Below the pieces are notes generated by a model. That model ran no database searches and was not told the DNA's origin. It was given only the letters and a program-made list of their open reading frames with translations. Below are positions 29,101 to 37,996 of a DNA stretch of 64,000 bases, piece after piece (the first letter of the stretch is position 1; the number at the start of each line of letters is the position of its first letter). The position numbers were made by a program, and so were the translations under genes. Source of the DNA: Candidatus Falkowbacteria bacterium (GTDB lineage Bacteria > Patescibacteriota > Patescibacteriia > JAACEG01); assembly GCA_018651725.1 (NCBI GenBank), contig JABIDK010000001.1:748-64747 (forward strand), given 5' to 3'.

Positions 29101-30864
29101 TTAAAATTTCTGTTTTTCCCATAGTTTGTAAAACTTTCCTTTTCGCGCAATAAGCTCATCAAAAGTACCTACCTCTAAAACTTCGCCCTTATCCATAACT
29201 ACAATCCTATCCATTTCTTTGATGGTTGAAAGGCGATGGGCGACTACAATGACTGTAATATCTTGAAAAAAAGTATGCAGTGTTTCTTGAATTTTTTTCT
29301 CTGATTCAATATCTAAATGTGAAGTTGCTTCGTCAAGCAATAAAATTTCCGGTTCTCTGTAGATTGCCCTAGCAATTCCTACTCGTTGTTTTTCGCCACC
29401 GGAAAGTTTAATTCCCTTCTCGCCAACTAAAGATTTAACACCTTTTGGAAGTTTATAAGAAAAATCTTTTACATGAGCAATATCTAATGCTTTTTGTAAA
29501 AGTTTTTGATTTTTTCCTGTTTGTGAAAGGGTGATATTTTCTTCCAACGAAAGGTTAAAAAGCTCTGTTTCTTGTGGAACAACCGCGACTTTTTCCATAT
29601 AAGATGATCTTTTAATATCATGAAGCGAATTTTTGTCGAACATGATACTTCCTCCATAGTCATCGTACAATTTTAAAATTAATTTAAAAAGTGTTGATTT
29701 GCCGGTACCGGAAATTCCTACAATGCCGATTTTTTCTCCTTTTTTAATTTCTAAAGAAAAATTTTTCAGTACTTTTTGTCCGCGATATGAAAAATTAATA
29801 TTTTTAAGTGTTAATTTTTGCCAGTCTGGATTAAATAGTTTTGTTCCGGATTTTTCAACGGTTGGTTTTGTTCTTAAAATTTCTTTCATGCGAAACATAG
29901 CGATTTTGGCTGTCACAAACTCATTGTAGGTTGCGGCAAATTCGTAGGCTGATGCTTCTATTTTCCCAAAATACAAAATTACCATTGCTAAAATACCAAC
30001 TTCTAGGTTTCCTTGAAAAATTTGCCATAGTGTAAAGACAACAAGAACAATACGAAAAAACTCTTGATAAAGATTTAAAGATCCTTCTCGAATTCGAAAG
30101 TAAAAAATTCGTTTTTTTATTTTTTCTGATAATCGCTGACTTATTTTTACTAAGAATGGATAAATTTTTTCGCCAATTCTAAGAGACTTTACTATGGATA
30201 TGTTATTAATAGACTCAAAAGAGATCCCGCTAAAATTTTCCCATTCTAAATTGCAAATATGCGCCTGATCAACCGCTTTTTTTGTAAGATGATAAGAAAG
30301 AAGATAATAAGTAATAAAAAAGAGAATAAGCAGAACCGCAAAGAAAATGTTAAAAAAAGCAAGAATAATAACAATAGCGATCAAATTTATAGTCGATTTA
30401 ACAGCTGTGTTGATATACATTCTAATAATACGCTTCAAACTTTCTCCGCCTTGTAAAATTTTTTGCATTTTATTACCGGTATTTTCTTTTTCATGCCAAT
30501 CCATGTTGAGACTATAGAGATACCTGGTAGTATTTTTCCGAGCATCTATACCAATGTTTTCAGCTATTTGATAGATGTAATACTTACAAAGTTCATGAGT
30601 TATAAAATAATACAAGGCCACTACGGCAGTAGCACCAAGCAATTGCCAAACATAAAGAGTACTGTCCCCGCTTTGATAATTAGAAACAAAAGTAATAATT
30701 TCAGATAACACCCAGACAGGGAAAAGCCAAACAAGATCACTAGTTATTCTAATTATTGAACCAAGAAAAAACTTAGCTTTATACGGTTTTATAAAGCTCC
30801 AAACATCTTTTATAAGTTCGATGTTGGTATAATTTATGTGTTTTTTTAGATTTTTTTTAATCAT
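29101..30864 (-). CDS. ABC exporter, fused permease/ATPase
   Basis: TM domain; GISGTGKST; LSGGEKQR; LLDEATS. Confidence 0.95.
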   Translation of the reverse strand: MIKKNLKKHINYTNIELIKDVWSFIKPYKAKFFLGSIIRITSDLVWLFPVWVLSEIITFVSNYQSGDSTLYVWQLLGATAVVALYYFITHELCKYYIYQIAENIGIDARKNTTRYLYSLNMDWHEKENTGNKMQKILQGGESLKRIIRMYINTAVKSTINLIAIVIILAFFNIFFAVLLILFFITYYLLSYHLTKKAVDQAHICNLEWENFSGISFESINNISIVKSLRIGEKIYPFLVKISQRLSEKIKKRIFYFRIREGSLNLYQEFFRIVLVVFTLWQIFQGNLEVGILAMVILYFGKIEASAYEFAATYNEFVTAKIAMFRMKEILRTKPTVEKSGTKLFNPDWQKLTLKNINFSYRGQKVLKNFSLEIKKGEKIGIVGISGTGKSTLFKLILKLYDDYGGSIMFDKNSLHDIKRSSYMEKVAVVPQETELFNLSLEENITLSQTGKNQKLLQKALDIAHVKDFSYKLPKGVKSLVGEKGIKLSGGEKQRVGIARAIYREPEILLLDEATSHLDIESEKKIQETLHTFFQDITVIVVAHRLSTIKEMDRIVVMDKGEVLEVGTFDELIARKGKFYKLWEKQKF

Positions 30865-30868
30865 ATTT

Positions 30869-31618
30869 TTATTTTTTTAATAAATCCCAAATTAAATAAA
30901 ACATAGACCTTTGACTTTGGGCAAGCTCCTTGCTTTCAATAACTATTGCCATCATTTCTTTTTTAAAAGAAAACATAGCGATTTTGTCACCCCAAATCAT
31001 TATTAAACTGTGATGATCATAGCTCTTTGGAGAAATCTTTACTTCTCTCAATTCTTGTCGCCCGATTTTCTTTCTTTCTTGCGCTTTTAGCGAATCTTTT
31101 AAAATCGTTTTTACAGGTATTTTTTTCTTAATTCTATTCTTTAAAAAATTCGGCCAGTAATTGCCTAAATTTGCAAAATGGTCTTCAGCCGAGCTAAAGC
31201 CCAAAATTTCTTTGGCTTCATTTAAAACTTGTGCTAAAACAATTTTCATACCATCTGTTCCCTCGTAGAAATAGATTCCGGGCTTAGTTTTGCTGACATT
31301 ATCTATTGATGCTAGCTTAGGCAAAATTTGCTCTAAAAGATTTTCTCTTTGTTTAATAATTATTTTTAACTCTTTCGGATTTACTGCTAAAAATCTTTTC
31401 TTCTTGCCCTCTGAAGCGGTTTTTATAATACCTTCTTTAATCATCTCGTCAATAACGTCATAAATAGTAGTACGCTTAACTTCGGATTTACGCGCTATTT
31501 CTTTAATGGAAGTTTTGCCCAATTCTAAACAGGCTAAATATATTTTAGCCTGTTTTTCATTTAAACCAACTTGTTGTAAAGCAGAAACAAGCATTCTCAC
31601 TGTATTAAAAGTCGACAT
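30869..31618 (-). CDS. TrmB-family transcriptional regulator (start may be 31594)
   Basis: Paralog of 25058..25786; LQQVGLNEKQAKIYLACLELG. Confidence 0.9.
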   Translation of the reverse strand: MSTFNTVRMLVSALQQVGLNEKQAKIYLACLELGKTSIKEIARKSEVKRTTIYDVIDEMIKEGIIKTASEGKKKRFLAVNPKELKIIIKQRENLLEQILPKLASIDNVSKTKPGIYFYEGTDGMKIVLAQVLNEAKEILGFSSAEDHFANLGNYWPNFLKNRIKKKIPVKTILKDSLKAQERKKIGRQELREVKISPKSYDHHSLIMIWGDKIAMFSFKKEMMAIVIESKELAQSQRSMFYLIWDLLKK

Positions 31619-31719
31619 TCTCGACTACATTTATATTATAGCATAATATGATATTTTGTCAATGCTTAAGCAATATTTTACAATATTTAACAAAATATCA
31701 TAATTTTATGTCGAAATAC

Positions 31720-31748
31720 TTGACAAAATAATAAAGGTATGTTATACT
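31720..31748 (+). promoter_or_regulatory. Sigma70-type promoter
   Basis: TTGACA-17 bp-TATACT. Confidence 0.7.
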
Positions 31749-31897
31749 GATTCATCAAGCTAAAAATAGTTTGAAGTTCATTGACAAACACTCACCTGCG
31801 AAAGGCCGCTCTCCTATTGTTGTCAGGGAGGCAGAAGTCGGAGCTACACTGCGTAAATGAGTTAAATTTTATGACAGTAAACCAAGGAAAGGAAAAA

Positions 31898-32410
31898 ATG
31901 AAAAACAAAGGATTAAAAAGAGATCAAGAAATAAGAGAGACCGGAGTACTATTCAAAATTATTAATGTTATTAATGGTATGTTGCAAACAAAAAACGATC
32001 ATCTCAGTAAATATATTCTGGTTATTATGTATTTTATGTCACATGACAAATATACAACAGCCAGGAGTATTGCAAATTGTTTGGTCGAATTGTCAACATT
32101 GACCAAACTGCCAATGCCAAAAGTAATGATTGAGGCTGAAATTATTTACGAAACCTCAATTAAAAAAGCAGAGAATCGCATCCTGAGAAAAGTTATGAAA
32201 ATACTTGGCGATTACAAGCGAAAAAATCAGCTTACTGAACAAGTGTCATTTATGGGACGTCCTGACGAAATGGAGTCAAAAATTTGTAATGCTTTTGGTG
32301 AGGTGTTGGGTTATGACAACATCCCCATCGGAACCAATGTTGCATGGAGATTGACTGAGAAAGGCAGAAAAAAAGCTGAAAAAATAATCATAAGGTATTA
32401 TTACACTTAA
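31898..32410 (+). CDS. Hypothetical protein (possible winged helix)
   Basis: Start moved to the ATG after AAGGAAAGGA; C-terminal WRLTEKGRK wing-like motif. Confidence 0.65.
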   Translation: MKNKGLKRDQEIRETGVLFKIINVINGMLQTKNDHLSKYILVIMYFMSHDKYTTARSIANCLVELSTLTKLPMPKVMIEAEIIYETSIKKAENRILRKVMKILGDYKRKNQLTEQVSFMGRPDEMESKICNAFGEVLGYDNIPIGTNVAWRLTEKGRKKAEKIIIRYYYT

Positions 32411-32428
32411 ACAAAAAAGGAGAAAACA

Positions 32429-33076
32429 ATGAAAATAGAGGAATTTTTCCAAATTGCTGAGAACGAAGGCGTTGTCGATATCGAGGATACAACTATCGTT
32501 GGTGACATCAAGCTGGAAGGCAAGGTATTTAGAAAAGGAATTAAGTTATTAGAGGGCAATGAGCTTGAAGGCGAAATCGTGATGCGCGAATGCAAATTTC
32601 TTGATGATGTTAATTTGGAAGGCGGTATTTTTTATAATAACGTAAAAATTTCGGGTTGCGCTTTTTTCGGCGATCTTTTGATTGGCTTTCTTAGTAAAAA
32701 ACTATTGATTCAAAAAACAGAGCTACAAGGCGGGATATCATTTGTTGGTTCTTCTGACGAACAAAACTCCGGAATTTTTCTTTTCGATAATGGCATTCTT
32801 GGAAATATTGATTTTTCCGGTCACGACATAGGGCTCGCAGTAAGAATTATAAGATGCCAATGTCATGGAAGCCTTATATTGGGTGATGCAAAATTTGAGC
32901 AAGATCTTTCAATCCTTGAGTCTAAAATTAAAAATGTTATAACCTTTCAACATTATGATATTGGGTCGGGTTGCGAAATTATGGGCAATGTTTTCACCGA
33001 CGATCCGGAAATAGCACAACTGTTGGCACTGTCCAAGGTTGGTGTTTATACGAACCTGCAAAAAAAGGAGAAATAA
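32429..33076 (+). CDS. Beta-helix/pentapeptide-like repeat protein
   Basis: SD AAGGAG; repeated CxF.GD/V.F units. Confidence 0.7.
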   Translation: MKIEEFFQIAENEGVVDIEDTTIVGDIKLEGKVFRKGIKLLEGNELEGEIVMRECKFLDDVNLEGGIFYNNVKISGCAFFGDLLIGFLSKKLLIQKTELQGGISFVGSSDEQNSGIFLFDNGILGNIDFSGHDIGLAVRIIRCQCHGSLILGDAKFEQDLSILESKIKNVITFQHYDIGSGCEIMGNVFTDDPEIAQLLALSKVGVYTNLQKKEK

Positions 33077-33077
33077 A

Positions 33078-33518
33078 ATGAAAATAACATCGGAAATGAT
33101 ACCGAAAAATGCGGTGGTCATGGGGAAAATGCTGGCTATAGAAGCGTATGACGAAGGAAAAGATCCTTCTGAAATATTGCTGAAAGCTCACCGTTTCGTG
33201 CAACAAAGTGAAGAATGTTGCTGCAATTCGGCAATTTCTATTGCTGAATTCGCGCTCTGCGTAGAGTGCGAAAATGTGGCTGAGCATATAAAAAACTTCA
33301 CGTACTGCAAAAAATCGCCACAGTGGAGTGAGCGCAAGCCTGTGTCAGCGTTCAGAATCGACCCACCGTTTGACAGCTATACGCTCGTAATAAAGCGACC
33401 CTTTAACGAAGAAGGCCGACAACGAGAGTTGGCTTCTGTTCGAGAGGACATAGATGAGCTTAAGGCGAAAGGAGAGATCGCTGCCAACTGGGGTGGCGTT
33501 ATGATTACTGGTGATTAA
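33078..33518 (+). CDS. Hypothetical protein
   Basis: SD AAGGAG before the ATG at 33078; terminator at 33535-33570. Confidence 0.7.
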   Translation: MKITSEMIPKNAVVMGKMLAIEAYDEGKDPSEILLKAHRFVQQSEECCCNSAISIAEFALCVECENVAEHIKNFTYCKKSPQWSERKPVSAFRIDPPFDSYTLVIKRPFNEEGRQRELASVREDIDELKAKGEIAANWGGVMITGD

Positions 33519-33610
33519 GGAGGTAAAAAACACCAAGCCGTTGTCTGTTATTTAAGACAACGGCTTTTTTCTTTTAGAGAAAATTTTTTACAAGTTTGTT
33601 AGGGAGCTTT

Positions 33611-34327
33611 TTAATTTTTTTGAAAAACTATATTCCACTGCCCTTGTTCTTTTTTATTAGGAGTTAAATCAATAGGTTCTTGGATAATTTTCAGTCCATT
33701 CTTTTTTCCAAGACAAAACAATTCTTTTGCGGTGAAAAAATGCGCCTTATTACCTTCTGGTGTTCTGTAAGTTGCGCCGCGGTCATTCTTAACTAACTTG
33801 TTAACAGCAGGGACTTTGGCTGTAGTTGATTTAACGCGCAAAAAGAACAGCCCTTTCTTTTTCAATACTCTATTTGTCTCAGAAAAACAAAGTTCAGCCC
33901 CTTTCCAATCATTAAATTGAAACACTTGAATACTGACAACAGAGTCAAAATATTGATTAACGAAGGGTAAATCATGGGCATCACCTAAAACTAAATTTGC
34001 GTGCAATTTGCGAGCTTTCAATTTTTTGTTTGCAGTTTCTATGCCTGTTTTTGTCAGCTCTAAGCCGACAACATTAAAACCAGCCTGAGCAAGCTGCAAC
34101 ATATGCCTGCCCTCGCCACTGCCAATATCAAGTATTTTAGGTCCAAGTTTTGTTTTATATTTTTTCAAAAAATCCTCAAATACAAAATCCCTGCCACCGC
34201 CCCAGCTTTTTTGATACCTATTTTCCCAATCTTTTCTAGTAATCGCCACGTCTGATTGTATTTTTTTATTTGTCATACTTTTTAAAATAACTAATCTCCT
34301 ATAAAATAATTCTTTTTTCTTAGTCAT
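33611..34327 (-). CDS. Class I SAM-dependent methyltransferase
   Basis: ILDIGSGEGRH; GDAHDLPF. Confidence 0.9.
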   Translation of the reverse strand: MTKKKELFYRRLVILKSMTNKKIQSDVAITRKDWENRYQKSWGGGRDFVFEDFLKKYKTKLGPKILDIGSGEGRHMLQLAQAGFNVVGLELTKTGIETANKKLKARKLHANLVLGDAHDLPFVNQYFDSVVSIQVFQFNDWKGAELCFSETNRVLKKKGLFFLRVKSTTAKVPAVNKLVKNDRGATYRTPEGNKAHFFTAKELFCLGKKNGLKIIQEPIDLTPNKKEQGQWNIVFQKN

Positions 34328-34339
34328 GTTGTTTTAATT

Positions 34340-34915
34340 TTATTTTTTACCAAACATATTTCTAAAAAATCTCCATCTTTCTATAATGTGAAAAAGTGTG
34401 ACCCAGAACATCATAACTCCTGATAAGACATGTAGCTTCATCATAGAGAAAGAGAAAGGCAAAGAAAAATAAATTTCTAGAGCCAAAAACATTCCAAGAA
34501 TGCCGGAGAGTAGAAAAGAAAATAACAAAACTGTGTTCCAAATTTTTTTATGTGTTAAAAGGGTAATTTTTTTTAATCTTTGCAAAATAAAAGAAATAGC
34601 ATACAAAATTATAACAACCATGGATAGCTCCCAAACTTTATATTTTTTTGCAATAGTTATTTGTTCTAGAGAATTATTTTTTTCTAAGTTAATACTTTTG
34701 TTCTCTGCAGCGTGAGTACTAGCAGAAAGTTTACCATTATCACAAAAACTGTCTTTATCGCTGTCAACAAACCTGCCACATTGACCGGTACAATCAGTTT
34801 CATTAAAAGGACAATCACTCGCGGAATGCGCTATTGGAATAAAGCTAACGCTAAAAAGCCAGCTACAAATTACCACGCTAAAAATTAAAAATTGTTTTAA
34901 ATTGATATTATGCAT
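34340..34915 (-). CDS. Membrane protein with Cys-rich N-terminal domain and cytochrome-b-like His residues
   Basis: CP...DC.GQCGRFVDSDKDSFCD; LHV...FHI. Confidence 0.7.
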   Translation of the reverse strand: MHNINLKQFLIFSVVICSWLFSVSFIPIAHSASDCPFNETDCTGQCGRFVDSDKDSFCDNGKLSASTHAAENKSINLEKNNSLEQITIAKKYKVWELSMVVIILYAISFILQRLKKITLLTHKKIWNTVLLFSFLLSGILGMFLALEIYFSLPFSFSMMKLHVLSGVMMFWVTLFHIIERWRFFRNMFGKK

Positions 34916-34929
34916 AGTTTATTATTTTT

Positions 34930-35502
34930 TTAATCTATTTTTTGATTCAGGTCATCTTCTTTTATAGGGGGTTCCTTTGCGTCTAGTGGTGATTCATTCT
35001 GTTTAGTTTCGTCTTTCGTCTTGTCTTCTGTTTTATTATGACTACAGCAATGCGCTATTTCTTGATTTAGTTTTTCTCCTTCCCCGGCTATTTTTGTTAT
35101 TACTAGATCAATAATCATCCCTATTATTCCGCCAAAGATTAACACCATCCAAAAGCCTTGTTTGGCAAGTTCTGGGTTCGGACCCATCAAGGCTCCAAGT
35201 GCAAGAGGCAAAGAAATTAAAAGACCAACTTTGGCTCCGCGAATATACGCTGGAATTCTAAGATCAAGCATTGGATGTTTTGTGATAAACCCGGCGATTG
35301 CCACTACAACCCCGATAGTAAATCTATTAGCAATGGTTGACCACATCATCATATTTGACCAAGACCAAACTTGATATTTGACCATTTCAGCCGGCATATT
35401 CGAGTTTGAAGAAAACCCGGCAAAACAAAGCAGACCAAAAATTATCCCCAACGCTGATCCTAAAACAATTCGCCTTGATAAAAAAGTACATTTTTTTGTC
35501 AT
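34930..35502 (-). CDS. Hypothetical membrane protein
   Basis: Four TM segments. Confidence 0.7.
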   Translation of the reverse strand: MTKKCTFLSRRIVLGSALGIIFGLLCFAGFSSNSNMPAEMVKYQVWSWSNMMMWSTIANRFTIGVVVAIAGFITKHPMLDLRIPAYIRGAKVGLLISLPLALGALMGPNPELAKQGFWMVLIFGGIIGMIIDLVITKIAGEGEKLNQEIAHCCSHNKTEDKTKDETKQNESPLDAKEPPIKEDDLNQKID

Positions 35503-35534
35503 AAATTTTTATGTTAAATGGGACCGTCCCTAAA

Positions 35535-35780
35535 TTAATAAATTAATTTCTCTTTTTCTTTTCGAGAAAGTTGTTTTATGCGAAGTTCTTCTTTTGAAGC
35601 GCTGGAACGGTCATGGAATTTTGTGCTGTAAACTAATTTTACCGGTCTTCTGGCGCGTGTGTATTTTGATCCTAAGTTATCGTCGTTGTTATGTTCGTTA
35701 ACTCGTCGTTTAATGTTGGTTGTAATTCCGGTGTAAAGTGTATTGTCAGAACACTTTAGAATGTATACAAAATATTTCAT
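35535..35780 (-). CDS. GIY-YIG nuclease family protein (YhbQ/UPF0213)
   Basis: YFVYILKCSDNTLYTGITT...R...HN. Confidence 0.92.
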   Translation of the reverse strand: MKYFVYILKCSDNTLYTGITTNIKRRVNEHNNDDNLGSKYTRARRPVKLVYSTKFHDRSSASKEELRIKQLSRKEKEKLIY

Positions 35781-35787
35781 GGCTTTT

Positions 35788-36483
35788 TTATTTCTTCATA
35801 TAATGCTTTCTATCTTTCTCGTTTAGTTTTTCAAGAGAATATCTAAGCATTGTTCGCGGCATTTTTTTATAATGTTTATCTAAAAAATTTTTTAATTCTT
35901 TTTCGTTTCTTTTCCCCATTTCGCGAAGCATCCAGCCAACTGCTTTATGAATTAGGTCGTGTTCATCTTTTAATAATATCTTTGAAATTTTTATTGTATC
36001 TTTAAAGTCGTTGTTTCTTATAAAAGTAAAGGTAGAAAGAATAGCAATTCGACGGTCCCATAAATTTTTTGACTTTACTAGCTCGTACAAAATATTTCTT
36101 TTTTTGTTTAATAAGTAGTCACCAACAATTTTTGGCGCGGAAAGATCAACTAAGTCCCAGTTATTTATATTTTTAGTATTTTTTAAGTAAAATTTATAGA
36201 TTTTTTCTTTGTTGCTTTCTATTTTATATTTATGAATAAGAATAAAAAGTGCAATTAATCGTTCCTCGTGAATTTTATTGTTTAACAGTTTCTGAATATC
36301 ATTAATTAATAAAGTTTTATATTTGATAGCAATCTTTCTTTGAATCGGCACTTTAATCCCTAAAAAAATATCCCCCTCCCCATACTGGCCTTTGCCGGTT
36401 TTAAAAAATCCTTGCAAAATTTTGGCTTGCCTAGAGTTAGCAAGACTTTTTAACTCTTTTTTTAATTCCAGTACATTATTCAT
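35788..36483 (-). CDS. DNA alkylation repair protein (AlkD-like)
   Basis: FFKTGKGQYGEGD; NNWDLVD; KAVGWMLRE. Confidence 0.92.
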   Translation of the reverse strand: MNNVLELKKELKSLANSRQAKILQGFFKTGKGQYGEGDIFLGIKVPIQRKIAIKYKTLLINDIQKLLNNKIHEERLIALFILIHKYKIESNKEKIYKFYLKNTKNINNWDLVDLSAPKIVGDYLLNKKRNILYELVKSKNLWDRRIAILSTFTFIRNNDFKDTIKISKILLKDEHDLIHKAVGWMLREMGKRNEKELKNFLDKHYKKMPRTMLRYSLEKLNEKDRKHYMKK

Positions 36484-36570
36484 ATTTAAATTTTAACATT
36501 GACGAAAAAATAAAACTATAGCAAAATTAAGAAAACGAACCCTACAATTTAACAAAAGGAGATACAGTTA

Positions 36571-36810
36571 ATGAACATCACTAGAAATCAAAATAAAATT
36601 GTTATTACTCTAAAACCGGGCGATTGCTTTAATGTTGTAACATCAGCTGGCGGGAGACGACACCTTATTGAGGTCACAGACACTGTCAATGGAATAACAA
36701 TTCGTACGGAAAATGTAAATAGTATCAAAGAGGTTTCCGGCTTTATCTGTAAACCAGAGAGGAGTCTTAAGGACTACCGAACACTCACTTACATGGTAAA
36801 AGACATTTAA
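36571..36810 (+). CDS. Hypothetical small protein
   Basis: SD AAGGAG; upstream TTGACG promoter-like sequence. Confidence 0.6.
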   Translation: MNITRNQNKIVITLKPGDCFNVVTSAGGRRHLIEVTDTVNGITIRTENVNSIKEVSGFICKPERSLKDYRTLTYMVKDI

Positions 36811-36875
36811 AGGAATCAATAGTGGTTCCAAATTTTCTAAAACCGCCCTTGGGAGAATAACTTCCCAGGGGTTTT

Positions 36876-37166
36876 TTATTTTCTAATTTTTGGCGGATCA
36901 GTGTATCTTTTTGGATTCTTTTTGTATTTTTCTTCCAATCTTTCCAGCTGCAAATCAATGCTAGGTTTAATTTTATATTTAGCCTCAAATATTTCAATTA
37001 AATTTCTCATACTGGCTGCCCATTTTTTAGGGTCATTTTCAAAAATCTCCTTAGCATGTTTAACAATATGTCTTTTTAAAGAAAGATCTGTTTCGTCTTT
37101 AGAAATATCTTTAATCCATTTCGTAAGATATTTTCTTTTATCTTTTTTTAATAATTTTTGTAACAT
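36876..37166 (-). CDS. Hypothetical basic protein
   Basis: 96-aa ORF. Confidence 0.5.
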   Translation of the reverse strand: MLQKLLKKDKRKYLTKWIKDISKDETDLSLKRHIVKHAKEIFENDPKKWAASMRNLIEIFEAKYKIKPSIDLQLERLEEKYKKNPKRYTDPPKIRK

Positions 37167-37281
37167 ATTTTAATGATATCATAGTTATGATAAATTTGTA
37201 AAATTAAAAAAAGAAAGCCATCGAACTTTACATTCAATGGCTTTTTGTTTGTTGTCCGTTAGTTAACGGAGTAGATTTGTT

Positions 37282-37905
37282 TTAGGACGATTTTTCAATT
37301 AGTTTTGCTTTAATTTGCGCCTTTTTCATTTTTTTGAATTGTGTGCGGTAGTTGGACACCATACTAACTCCGAAAATTTTAATATCATAGACCATGTAAC
37401 CGTCATTTACTTGAATCATTTTGTAAACAACAGAGTTATCCTCCTCTGGGTCAAGGTTTTTTCCGGCAAGATAGGTATAAACGCTAAACCTCTTTCTTTT
37501 TTTTGGCTTTACTTTAATTTTCTTTTCTTTTTTACAGATAATTTGAACATCTTTATGATTTTGTTTGATGTTATCGAAATAAAAATTGATTATTAGGCAC
37601 TGGAATAGCTTTGCAAATTCATTAAATTCAGTTTCGCTGAAATGTTTATAGTGTTTTCTGCCGAGGGCCGAGCGAAAGATCAGTTTAAAATTAACTAATG
37701 TACAAAGAATCTTTGCTACTTCTTCTTTTTGTTGCTTTTCTGGCAGGTCTAGAGTTTCTGGATTTTCAAATACCGCTAACACTTGATTGATTTTTACTTC
37801 AACTAGTTTAGTTGGAGTTGACAGAGCAAGATTCTGTCCGTAAACAGGAAAGCTAAACAACAAAAAAATTAACATTGATGCAAATAAAAAAGTTCGCTTA
37901 AACAT
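37282..37905 (-). CDS. MlaC/Ttg2D-family periplasmic binding protein
   Basis: Signal peptide; SALGRKHY; VYDIKIFGVSMVSNYRTQF. Confidence 0.8.
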   Translation of the reverse strand: MFKRTFLFASMLIFLLFSFPVYGQNLALSTPTKLVEVKINQVLAVFENPETLDLPEKQQKEEVAKILCTLVNFKLIFRSALGRKHYKHFSETEFNEFAKLFQCLIINFYFDNIKQNHKDVQIICKKEKKIKVKPKKRKRFSVYTYLAGKNLDPEEDNSVVYKMIQVNDGYMVYDIKIFGVSMVSNYRTQFKKMKKAQIKAKLIEKSS

Positions 37906-37996
37906 AACCCCTCCCTTGTTTTAGGTTGTAATGAGCTTTTTCGTGATTATTAATTTTATAGTGTACATATTATGATTAAAATTGTCAATAAGCTAA

